From contig LPNZ01009878.1 of the NCBI GenBank assembly GCA_001655205.1, positions 71,690 through 135,689 on the forward strand: 64,000 bases of DNA, given 5' to 3'. A program made the position numbers and the translations under genes. The DNA is from Lenisia limosa. Lineage: Eukaryota > Protista > Breviatea. Numbering within the stretch: the first letter of the stretch is position 1; each line of letters starts with the position of its first letter. The notes under the pieces were generated by a model. That model was given only the letters and a program-made list of their open reading frames with translations, made no database searches and was not told where the DNA came from. This document shows, piece after piece, positions 50,001 to 61,970 of the stretch.

Positions 50001-53000
50001 GAAGGGCCCCAATGTTGAGCATATCGGCTCAACTTTGTTTCCTTCCGGGGCAACTCCAAAGACTGTTGTTGATGGCTCTGTCAAGGTAACATTGTGTTAA
50101 TTTTTGCCGAAGAGTTTCATTTATCCTTCTTTAATCGAAAAACAGGTTCATACTACTGATGGCGAAGTCTCAGCAGCCACGTTGACCTCGCACTCCGCCT
50201 TGGCCCAAGCTTCCAGTGGTGACACTACAAACGCTGTATGTTCAAGCATATCGAATCCACATCTCAATACTCAATACTCATTCAGTGTTTTGGTGAAGAT
50301 TAAGAATAGATCCCTTCATCTTTCCAGGTTATGCAAGAAGCCTTTTCGCAAGCTGTCGTACTCAATCGCCTACAAAATGCTTGGGAAATTGCGGTAGATA
50401 ATCAACACTTTCTGTTCCGTTCTCACTCTTTAGGTGATGACCAATGATGGAGATCAGTTTGCTGATTTGGGAAGAGCAGCTCTTGAGTGTTTGAATGTTG
50501 AACTTGCCACTCGAGCTTTCAGGTGAGGATAATTGCGCTACTTACCTCTTTAGACGGCTCGGAGATGCAGGAATGGTTCTTGCGTTGGAGGAACTTGTGC
50601 TGGTGGAAAACCAAAACCTTCTATCAGGGCATTTGGCCCAGCTGATGGGCGAATTCAACCTTGCTCAGGTATAAGTTTTCAAGTATCCTATCAATCAAAA
50701 TAAGGACTTTTTTTATGACAATTACTGAGGAGGAATGTTGTGTTAATAAGATGATACTATAAATAAATATACCTTAGCAACGTGCTCGAGTTGACGGCTT
50801 TGGTTAGATACTTCCTTTATTATTTCTAGTTTCTACCGAATTATTATTTTCTCTGCTAACTGTTTAAGGAGCGATTCTTGCAGTCAGACCATCCGATTGA
50901 AGCGTTAAACATGAGAAGAAACCTGCACCAATGGGATACTGCTCTCTCCCTGGCAAACAGACTTGAGGTTTTTTTTGTTAATTGTAACGCAAGCCTGAAT
51001 CGGTTGCATCCATTGCCCACTCGTATGGTCAGCAGTTGGAGTTCAAAGGGGACTATTCGCAAGCCAAGGCTATGTATGAGAAGGCTGAGCAGACCAATGA
51101 CTCTGGTGTGCGACGTCAGTCTCAGGAAGGCATCGCTCGCTGCATGTACCAAATGGGCGACCAGGTAAATACATCGTCGCCCTTCTCACCTCATAGGCTC
51201 GTGGCTCAAACATCGTAAACAAGTTGAAATCCCTCCAGCTGTACAAGGAGTGTGCTGCTATCTTAGAGTCCTCTAACCTTCTTGGTGATGCTGCCTTACT
51301 CTATGAAAAAGGCGAAGCCTGGGATAAGGCTGTCGCCATTTACCTCAAAACCAAGTCCTATGGAAAGGTAGAAGAATTCTTCACTTTCTCATATGTTTCA
51401 GGCCGAGTCTCTCATGGAGTTTGTTTCTGCCCCGAGACTGCATGCTCAATTCGCCAAGGTTTGCTCACCCTAAATATTGTGTTTTTTTCTTCTTCAGTTA
51501 TGTACAACTTTTATAATGCTACAACAGTTTCTAGTGATGAGCAGCAATAGTCAGGATTTATGACTCTTCAGGCGATGGAATCACAAGGGAAATTCAAAGA
51601 AGCTGAATTCGCCTACACGAAAGCCAAAGAAACAGACTCAATCGTCCGTCTCAACCTTCAAAACTTGGACAACCCTGAAAAGGCGTTCGACTTGGTGCGG
51701 ACAACGAACTCGGCAGAAGGCGGTATGGTTCTGATGATTATCCTCGAAAACTGACGCAAATTCAGCTCGTCTTGTTGCAGAGTACTGTCTTGATGGACAC
51801 AACCCCCCAGCTGGTATTGAGTTCCTCCTCATGGCGGGCTTGCGTGAGGAAGCCTTCGACCTTGCTCAGTCCACCGGGCACTTGGAGGAGTATGCTAAGC
51901 AGCTTGGAGACCACGGCACTCAGAAGGACCACCAAGAACTCGCAAAGGCTTTCGAGGGCCAGGTAGGTGCTTGAATGAGATTCTTGACAATACAGGGTGA
52001 TCTGGTCAACGCGGCTGATTTCTATGTTGCTTATGGTCAGTACCAGAGAGGCTTACGGTAAGCCCTTCAGAAGTTTCCATTACTTTTTAGCTTGTATTTG
52101 CGCTCAGGCTCTGATATTAGTATCACTAAGGCAATTGAAGTCGTTGGGAAAGCAAACTCAGATGTGCTCACTAACCAAGTTATCGACTTCCTCATGGGAG
52201 AAGTTAGTTTTAGTTCACAGCTTCTTTACTGCTTAGCATGATAACCAGGCCAAGGACCCCAGGCACGTGTATAGCCTCTACGTTGCTCTTGGAAACTATT
52301 TACAAGCTGCACATACATCTGTCTTGATTGCTGGTCAAGAGCAATCCGCTGGAAAATACAAGGTTATTGTTTCTTTTTACGCAGGAAGCACATAAGATCC
52401 TCCTTGATTCATACCTGGATTTGCAGCAGCGTGGAGTCCGAGTGCCCACAGAGCTCAACCAAGCTCTCTGTCTTCTTCATTCGTACATTCGTGTCAAAGT
52501 TAGTGCCAAAACCTTCCACAGTTGACATTCCAGACCCTTGTCAAGGCTGGTGACCATGAATCAGGTGCAAGAATGTTGATTCGTGTAGCAAACAACATTT
52601 CCAAGGTAAAAAAACTGGTACATTTATTTCCTAGTTCCCTGCGCACATTGTTCCCATTTTGACCTCCACTGTAATTGAGTGTCAACGTTCTGGTTTGAAA
52701 AGAGTAGGGCCTTCATGTAGTCTTTAATTCTCTAGTCTGCGTTTGATTACGCTTCAATGCTTATGAGAACTGAGTATCGCTCTCAGATTGACGCCAAATA
52801 TCGAAGGAAAATTGAGGCCCTTGTTAGGTTAGTTATAATGAAATTAATTACCCTGCATGTATTCTTAAATGTCAAACATATTTGATATTTTTTTACTTCA
52901 TCTTACTCTGTAGACGACCTGATAAGGAAGAAGAGGAAGAACCGACGAACCCCTGTCCTTTCTGTGATTTCGAGCTTCCTATCACTGCAACAGATTGTCC

Positions 53001-53653
53001 AATTTGCAAAAACACTGTTCCTTACTGTATTGTCACGGTCTGTGATTTGGCCTTTTTAATACGCTATTTACATTTTACCTTTACTATTAATTAATTTGTT
53101 TAGGGACAACATATGGTAGCAAATGATTGGACTTCTTGTATTCATTGCCACTTCCCTGCCTCCTACAACGCCTTACTAAAAGTTTGATCGGAAGTGTTTA
53201 AAATGCATGTAGTATATACATATATAAATTACTATAGTATATGCATATGAATTATATATGATATCATCGGCACTTTCCAAGCTGACAGAAAAATTGACTT
53301 TAGAAAGAGGTGTTTCCTTAAAAAAAAAATCTTGAGAAAAGGGAAATGAACTGAACTTTTCAGACTATTTTCTAAGTCTAATTTTTGCTTTAGTAGCATT
53401 CAAATTGTGTGAAAGCTTTTCAGTGATTTTCCTTTGATTGAATACCTCAAAACGATTCTATATCCCGAGATTTACTTCTTTTAGGCCGCAGCAGCTGATC
53501 CCACTTGTCCAATGTGTGGCGATTCTCTGACCCCAGACCAGGTACTTTATCAATTTTAATCAGATTTCAAAAACTCATGATGTGAAAGTCATGCTAACTG
53601 AGAAAGCTGAAAAAGAGTCTGCTGAAATTGAGGAAAGCAACACATTGTCCTAG
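47053..53653 (+). CDS. WDR19: Intraflagellar transport protein 144 (WDR19, IFT-A complex)
   Basis: An ATG-only first exon is followed by [16 protein letters not shown]. Further matches: [84 protein letters not shown] and [30 protein letters not shown]. These are colinear with recalled WDR19/IFT144. Confidence 0.97.
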
Positions 53654-53869
53654 TTTTCTTTTGTTTTTTTTCTATGTTTCAATATATTCTGTTTTGTTTT
53701 ATTACCCTTACTGATATACTGAAACAAAACGTGCACTCTTGACTCTTGTCGAATGAAGGAGATGGAGTGGAAATGAAGACTATCTGATTGGAGAATGACA
53801 TAAGATGGGCATGATGTTGTGATAATAATCATTTGGAAGGAAATTATCGTCCACTTCATGTTTTACTGA

Positions 53870-55368
53870 CAGTAGTTCAGTAGTTTTGATGGAGTTGATG
53901 TAGAACTGATACAAAAGATTTCTTCATTTGCAGAACTCAGGCAAGTAAATCAACGCTAAGAGTGGGCGACTGCTTGCTGTGTGATGAAAATGACAGAAAT
54001 GCACAACTTGCCTTTTAGAGTAATCATAGGCTATAAGAAAAACTCCCACCAACCACCACAACTCCATTCGGTTATTCATTCTTACGTTTTGTTGTTCATT
54101 TATTTGATAATATATCCACGTAATCCCATGCGACGGGGACAAAGCTCCCACCATGAAGTTGACAGCCATGTCATCATTTCAATATCTGTTTGATTATTGG
54201 TATTATTTCTGTTTTACTTTCTAGCCTTTCCCAAAAATAAGATGTCCTTCTGCGCCTGCTGTACTAATAGAACAGTTTGAGGTTTGCTTTTGAAAAAACA
54301 AGATCCAAAAACCGTACTGGAGAGCCATTGCCAAGAATGAGACAACATTTCATCAAAACAGTTGTTCGAACCATTCTCTGAGAAGTCAACAAAAGCCAAC
54401 AACAATAAGGCAATTACAAAGTCGCCGCTTACCATTACTGTTTTTACTTACATCTAACAAGGTTGCTCGGTGTTCACCTGGCTTTAAGGCGGATAGTATT
54501 GCATCTCGTCGAAAACCATCTCGACGAAGGTCAAGTCTTCAACTCAATATCGCCCCGTTCAAAGAGAAAGGCATAATTGTACTTCCCTCTTCCCCATCAC
54601 TCCTAGGTTTGTTGATTCCATCCTCCTCAAATTACATTTCAATCTATACTCTGGGTAAATTTAAACAAGATTGGAATTAAGAAATTCCTCCCATCAATAT
54701 TGGAGTTTTTGTTTTGTCATTTGCCAAATCACATAGTTAGCTTATTTCTTGTGGTCCGGAATACGGTACGGTAACTATTTCAGTTCCACATCCTCAGAAA
54801 AAACGAAGTTTGCATATTGTTCGTTTGAACTCACCAGTTCATTTTGATACTTATCAGACAACATATCAATCCAGTCAGATTTGTCAATTAAATGCCGAAA
54901 TGTCAAGGTGAGTCAACATTGTAAGACTAATTTTCGTAGGTCTCAAAAGGTTTGTGATTTTGTGATTGTCAAATGTCAAAACTTTCTCATTTTTAGTCAA
55001 CAAAGAGGCAATTCACAGCACTGTCTGAACCATCCACGGTCTCTACCCCCCAAGGTTGAGTTGACTTGAAATAACTGAGACATTGATGACTTTCCCTCAT
55101 TTTCAACCTGCTCTCAGTTGTCACCAATTACACCCACCACACCAAACGCCGGTCTTGTGACAACTCCAGAAGAAACAGGTTCATTCTTTTTATCTCTCAA
55201 GAATAGAGAGAGTGATGATGATGAGTTAAAAGTACTTTTTGCTTATTTGAACTAGGACAACTTTCTATGCTCTCTCCTTGGAAGATTAAACGATTTGCAA
55301 GGTTTACAAAGTTTTCTTGTAACAATTTAGTATCCAAGCTGAAACACAAAAGACAAAGGCGAAATTAA
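53870..55368 (+). CDS. Uncharacterised spliced gene; start not resolved
   Basis: GT-AG bounded exons: PFPKIRCPSAPAVLIEQFE, VARCSPGFKADSIASRRKPSRRRSSLQLNIAPFKEKG, VPHPQKKRSLHIVRLNSP and LSPITPTTPNAGLVTTPEET. The putative stop is at 55366-55368. Confidence 0.45.
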
Positions 55369-55379
55369 TTACATACGTT

Positions 55380-58330
55380 TCATGATTGGGCTTGAATTGA
55401 AGCAAATAGCTGTCTGACTTCTTCACCAACCTTAAAAGGTAAAAATACTGTGGAGCATTGCTTACTTTTAGTCTGGCTTCCTCTTCGTAATGAAGCTTCA
55501 TGGTACTGAGTTGTGTTTGGTAGTTCTTGATATGTGTTAAACAAGTATTACTCACCTCTTCAAGCTGTAGGATAAGCTGTTCGTGTTGAAGTTTTTCTTG
55601 TTGATGCACTTCATTCAATTGTTGAACGGTTTCATTGATACCTTCTTCCTTAGCTGTCGCAATTCGAGATTCTAATTACATTTATTCCAAATACCTAATT
55701 CCGTCATATCAACAGTGGTGTCCCTTGAGTCACGTATTTCAGCCTCAATTTGTTGCTTCATTGTTGAATACTTGTGAAAAATGAAAGTTACCTTTGTGTT
55801 ATACTCAACCACTAATGCCTTTTCTGCCATCGCCATTTGAAGTTCAAGCTCTTCAATTTTGTCTTTCCAATTTTGTCTTTCTTTATTCAGAGTTGTCAAA
55901 TTAAAAAAAAACAAACCCAAAAACCTCCATTTCATTTTGACTGCTTGCAGTGATGTGCAACTGCTTTGTTGACCATTCTTCCTGCGCTCTTTCAAAGCCA
56001 ATTTTTTCTCCATCTCTTCTTGCTTGAAGGGCCTGAATAAGGAGGAAAAACGCACTAAGTTTTGGGCATCTTCAGCTGAGATACCACCAATACCCTGACC
56101 AGATTCAGCCTGCAAAGCTCTTTTCATCCATTCTTGAACTTGCGCCAACATTAAAAACACAATACAAACCTGAAGATTTTTGATCATTTCCTTGTTGGCA
56201 ATATCAATTCCATTATTGGTGGCGATCTAATTAGAGAAAACCCAGAACAGTAACAGTCGTTGCGCCAATTTCAGCTTTCAGCTTTTTGAGCTCAAAATTT
56301 TTGTTTTGAAGAGCTTCTTGACATGAAGTTAATTCAGCTTCACAGTCCTTCATTCTAGAAAGGGATGCCTGAAAAGATGAGTATCCCATACTATAAAACA
56401 ATAATCCAATAGACCTCTAAAGAGGCAACCTTAGTATCCCATACTCAATAAAACAATAATCCAACAGACCTCAAAAGAGGCAACCTTAGTATCCCATACT
56501 CAATAAAACAATAATCCAACAGACCTCTAAAGAGGCAACCTTAGTATTGAGATCAAATATTTCAGATACTTGTGAGCTAGTTTTGGATTCTATTGTAGCA
56601 AGTTCATTTTGAAGGTCTGAAATGCGACTTTCATATTCAGCAACCTGTAACGACATTTGATGGGTCGTTTCCTTATTTTTGACCAATTCATTCTAAGGAA
56701 TAAACAATTAAATCGCCTACACTAAAGAGAAGAGCGCTCGCCTTTTCCTTTTCAACCTGCTCAAGAGCCTCTTTAAACTGCTTTTTGATACTTTTCATAT
56801 CCTGATCGATATCTTCTGCAACATCAGTTGTTTTGGACTGAATGCTTTTCAATACTCGTTCCTTTGTTAATTACTATCACAACTTCAGCCTCTTCGAGAA
56901 CAGCCTCATCCACTGAATCAAAAATAATTGTTTCACGAAGTTCTTGTCTAACTTCATACTGCAGCTCTCGTCTCAGCTCTGCTTTGACAATATCAGTCTG
57001 CTCAAGTCGAACCTATTGTTAACATCAAATTGAGAAGAATAGACAGTCAGTTCCCATAACAAGCTAATCTGTATGGTACTTAAAAACTGTACATTATTTC
57101 ACAAGTCTAGAATAATTTTAAAAAACGGCTCGTAAGTTGGCTGCATATGATAGTGAGTAGAATGTGATGAAATTACCTATTCATATTGATCCTACCTCTT
57201 CAATTAGTTGAGGGTCAGGGGTCAAAATCAGGCTTGTTTTAACTTCTTCTCGCATCTACAGAATAAAATTTGGTTATAAATTGAATACAGTGCTAATACA
57301 ACATAAGATCATAAATCCCCTTTCATATAAATGATAGAATATGATAATAAATTATATAATACAAAGACGAGGTAATTCACAAGAAATACACCCTCCACCT
57401 CTTCTTCTAAAGCCTCTCTCATTTCTTCTCTCAGTTCATTCATCACTGAAAAGTGAAGCGACTCCCGAAGTTCAGCACGAATACAATGTTGTTCACTTTC
57501 AATCAGAGATGACTGAATATCTTCCAAATTGTCAAGAGCAACACTTGTTTGGACCTGAGTTAACCAATTAAATTAACCTCATTCTTAACCGTCAGCCACA
57601 AATCTTGGTGAAGTTCTTTTTTTACTTCTTCTTCTAACTCGGCTCTCAACTGGCTCTTGACTTGGTTCTTAAGTTCATTCCTAATAGTAATCAAAGTTGT
57701 CATGTTAAGACTTACCTGAACTCCTCCTCCATTTCCGCAACGACAGCGTTACTCGTTGCTGAGGGTGGAAATGAACTGTTTTTCTGTTTTCTTGCCTGTA
57801 ATAATGTTAAAAGAATACAATATTACATGTAACAAGATATTATCCTGAATATGTGCGTAAGTATTGATTATGGAAAAAAAAAAAAAAAAATCTGTCACTC
57901 TACTGGTACATTAGTNNNNNNNNNNNNNNNNNNNNNNNNNNNNNNNNNNNNNNNNNNNNNNNNNNNNNNNNNNNNNNNNNTTTTTAAAAAAGAGAGATTG
58001 CAATTATATTAATTAACATACTTCTCTCTCGGCAACAACTTTAGCTTCTGAAAGAAGAACGGGGTAGAGGTTTTTCCTTGCTTTTTCCTGGAAATAAGGG
58101 GAGACTAAATATGCTCTTACCTCAAGCTCTTTTGTAATTTCTTCTCTCAATAAACCAGCCATGTTTTCACGCACTTCATCTGTGAAAGATTGGGTTGCAT
58201 GTTGCTGCCCTCTTTCGAATTCTTGAATTACAAGTAAAATAAACAAACCAGTTGACCTTTTTGAAAAGTAGAAAACTATTCCAATTCCTGCAATAATGGA
58301 TGAAGTTATCAACAATGCCACATCAGACAT
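55380..58330 (-). CDS. Long coiled-coil protein with an N-terminal signal anchor
   Basis: MSDVALLITSSIIAGIGIVFYFSKR is followed by many Glu/Gln/Lys-rich heptad exons, e.g. MNELREEMREALEEEVE and SLQVAEYESRISDLQNELATIESK. It ends VGEEVRQLFASIQAQS*. An N gap lies at 57916-57980. Confidence 0.75.
56380..56547. repeat. Tandem repeat, 53-55 bp x 3, spanning a donor site of the coiled-coil gene
   Basis: The unit agtatcccatactcaataaaacaataatccaacagacctctaaagaggcaacctt starts at 56380, 56433 and 56488. Confidence 0.95.
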
Positions 58331-58678
58331 TGTTGAAGAAACGAAACTTGTTGAGAGGCCTCAATAACAAGTCGTAAAGGTAAAGAATGGTAAGAGTTTG
58401 TTGGTTGTTGGGATGCTGTTTCTGTCAATCCTGTTTCGATTCTGTCTACCTGTCTCTCCCTCCTTCGTAACACTTTTTGCGCTTCTTCCTTCTGTTTNNN
58501 NNNNNNNNNNNNNNNNNNNNNNNNNNNNNNNNNNNNNNNNNNNNNNNNNNNNNNNNNNNNNNNNNNNNNNNNNNNNNNNNNNNNNNNNNNNNNNNNNNTT
58601 TTTGATTTTTTGCCAGCCATGCCCATTATTATTAATTAAACCTAGAAGATAGGCCAATCGGATTATTATTATGTTAGG

Positions 58679-60016
58679 CACAATATATCTTATCGCATAT
58701 AATCTTTTCTGTGCTGCAGGATGGTAAGTTCTTTCATAGACGCTCCCTTTTCACTCTTCTTCAGGGGTTATGTCTGGTTTTACCTCATTGAGCATATCTA
58801 CATGCATAAGGAGCTTCCTTCTTTCGAAAATGGTGGGGTTATGCTAAACTAAAGATATGTTATTCTTCAATTTCTCTGTTTTCATGTGTTAGCGTTTTTT
58901 AATCCAACTAAGCTATTCCTCTTAAAACTGACCCTCTTAGCTGAATTCAACCATGTTTGGACAGCAGTCATGATCTCCCAAACTTGCGCCTTGATGGAGG
59001 TGCTTGGGCGGTTTTATTTTTATCACCAATTTGACATATTATTTTGAAACACTTATTGCACTCCAAAATGTCTTAACTGTAAATTAGTCATTCTCTTAAT
59101 TAACTGTAGATTATTCATTTTCTAAATTAACTGTAGATTATTCATTCTTTGGTGAAACTCGTCAGATCCCCTGTTCAAACGACCTTAATGCAGGTCTGTG
59201 AAGAGCTTTTGTCTGGTCCCTATTCACAACATTTTCTTTTTTTTGTTCTCTGTGACCATGATAGGTCTCCTCTCGCATCCTGATTGTTTGGGGCATCGTG
59301 TTCCTTGCTCCTGAGGTGGGTAGTTTTGAGCATTGAGAGGGAAAATATTTCAAATTTTTAACTAATGAAAGAATCTGAATTAAAGTCAGACTGTTAATTT
59401 TTTTAGATGAAGGGAGATTGGGGAGTCATTCTTGCTACTCTTTCTTGGTCTTCTGTTGAAGTAAGTTAGTTGAAGTGATTATTGTTCACTTTCCTTTAGG
59501 TTCCCAGATACATTTTCTACGCCTGGTCACTTGTCTCTGTTCCCCCCTACTTCATGCAATGGATCAGGTGAGAGCTGACTGAATGAAGAAGCTGGTCTCA
59601 TGACATCAGATATTCTCTTTTCTACGTTCTCTACCCAAGTGGCATTACTGGTGAACTTCGCTGCATTTGGGCTGCGCTTCCCTACCTCAGAACATCCAAT
59701 GCTCTCTGTTACCATATGCCCAATATGGTTTGAGGGTAAATATTAAAAAATCAATATGGTTTAATTAGGGTACTTGGCCGTAGTGTAAAACTCTTTCCCT
59801 ATTACCATTCAGCTTAATATGACCATCGACTACCCTACCCTTTTGGTGTGCGTTTTAATTGCTTACATTCCTGGCTCCCCCATGATGGTATGTGGCTTGT
59901 TGGGTTGAATTTCAAATGTCCATTTCTTGTTATGTGTTTTATTATTTGTTTAGATTGGGCACATGATCAAGCAACGTGCCAAGGTTCTCTCAAAGTTTAG
60001 CAAAAAGGAAGATTAA
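58679..60016 (+). CDS. HACD: Very-long-chain 3-hydroxyacyl-CoA dehydratase (PTPLA/HACD/PHS1); start codon upstream, possibly at 58387
   Basis: YLIAYNLFCAAGW, QTCALMEIIHSLVKLVRSPVQTTLMQVSSRILIVWGI, WSSVEVPRYIFY, the catalytic signature RYSLFYVLYPSGITGEL, IAYIPGSP and HMIKQRAKVL, plus a C-terminal KKED ER-retrieval motif. Confidence 0.93.
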
Positions 60017-60538
60017 TTTGTGTATCAAAGTAGAAGTATTTTACTGGAATTTATTAAAGGATGTCAACAATTCACCAACAATTACAACAAATGGTTCTTT
60101 GGGTCAGTTCCTAACAAGTTCTATAAATTGGTTTGATGCTGCCTTCGCAGGGTGTGGTCAGGGTCACCGGGTGCGCAGGTGCGCATCAATTTTTTTTTTG
60201 CCTCCTAACCTTGTCTACCCATATCGCCCCAGGCCCCCGTGCACTAGTGTGTCAGCAGTTGTCTGTCTAGTTGTCTACGTCCTAATAATCAGATAGTGCC
60301 CACGCTGCCCCTTCTATGTTTTGATCCACTACAAGAACGCACCCCCCCCCCAATTTCGCCTCCTCTCCCCCTTCCTCCTTGAGTAACATAGGGACACACA
60401 AGGTTTCTCTTATTCGAAGAAGGGTGGCAAAGAAGACTCTACTCCTTCCCCCCCGTTTTTATCCACCATCCTCACTTCACTCCTTAGCTTTCTCTTCTTG
60501 TGAAGGGAAAAGCGCAAAATTGTCTGTTCTTGTTCCTT

Positions 60539-61970
60539 ATGTCTTCCTTTGGAAGGTTGGTTATCCTAAAAAGATCAGGGCCAGGAAAGTCTTATCCTTT
60601 GAAAAAGAAGAAGATTGTTATTGGAAGGCATTCATCTTGTGATCTCCGAATCAACCTTCCTGAGGTTTCAAAAAAGCATGCTGAGGTGAGGGTACTTGAA
60701 GATAATGTTTTTGTTTTGTTTCTAACTTGTCTGTAAAAATCACCAATGAAAGTAAAGTTAATCCATTGACAATCAATGGGACTGTGAAATCGGACTACAT
60801 TCTTCAGCACCATGATATCATTGACATTGCTGAAATCAAGTTACAATGGCAAGGTATGGTGACAATAAATGATTTATTGTTATTTTTATCTGTGTTGTTT
60901 CTCTTTTTTCAAAAGTTATCGAATCATGTTCATTTTTGTTATTTCTCACCACTTTAATTGAACACCTGTCGGACAAGTTTCACTTTTTCAGCAAAGGTGG
61001 GATTAGTTGATCTTTGTATTACAATTTTGAATGCTATGTTTAACCACTTCTTTTTTTGGTTCATACTGTAGAATCCACCTGTTGTACCCTTCCCGTCTCC
61101 CCTCCTTGATCTGAGGAAAACGTCGGATCTTGAAGAATTGGTAAGTTGCTCAATAGTTTTAGATATTTTATTTATTTGGATCATCTAAAATAGGCGTTAT
61201 CTGAATCAAAGTGAAGTTCTAATTAGTTCATGTGATAGGAAATGTAATTATAAGGTGCTAAAATGATGTATATGTTGTCAATAGTGTACCGATGTCATAA
61301 ATCAATATTATTTTCATAGGGTTTAATTCGATATTAATCTAGTTGTATTACTATGATATGTGTTCCACCAGCTGTACAAATAACGATTTTAACAAATTAG
61401 TTTCAGACATTACCTACTTCACCTCAAGCCATGAAGTCCAAACAAAAGGTGGTAGAGGGCAAATGTGAAATTATGTTTTATGAAAGTATCCAAGATAAAA
61501 TTGGTACTTCTCACATATTTATACTACTATCTCTTTAATGTTTCTGACCAAGAAGGTTTCTTTTGCATCCAAGTTAGAAGCACCCAAAACGTCTTCACAG
61601 TCACCTGTCAAATCAGTCATGAAACCTTCAACGGTGATAAATGCTGACCAGTCGCTTAAAACGGTAAACGTTTTCATTTTGTATGGTTTAATATTTCAGA
61701 AAATTGGAGACTCAGCAACTCTTCGAATACTGGGGGTAGGGTAATGCTGTCATCTTCATTATGATTTGCTTAGACTGACGTGAGCCCAATCTCGAATATC
61801 AATATTATCCCAGGTAATATTGTACCTGCTTCAGATCCCACCAGGAAATCAGGTAAAACTAAAATAAAAGGTTATTGTTTTTCTTTTATTTTGGTGTAAT
61901 TCCAATCCGCAAGACAAAATCAAAGGTAATTAGACCATCCGCTCGTTTCCAATCAAAGAAGAAACGATAG
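60539..61970 (+). CDS. Small FHA-domain protein, Ki-67-like FHA plus an RVxF-type motif
   Basis: MSSFGRLVILKRSGPGKSYPLKKKKIVIGRHSSCDLRINLPEVSKKHAE...NPLTINGTVKSDYILQHHDIIDIA has the FHA GR, SxxH and NG motifs. Later exons read SPQAMKSKQ(K)KVSFASKLE. The 3' end is approximate. Confidence 0.8.
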
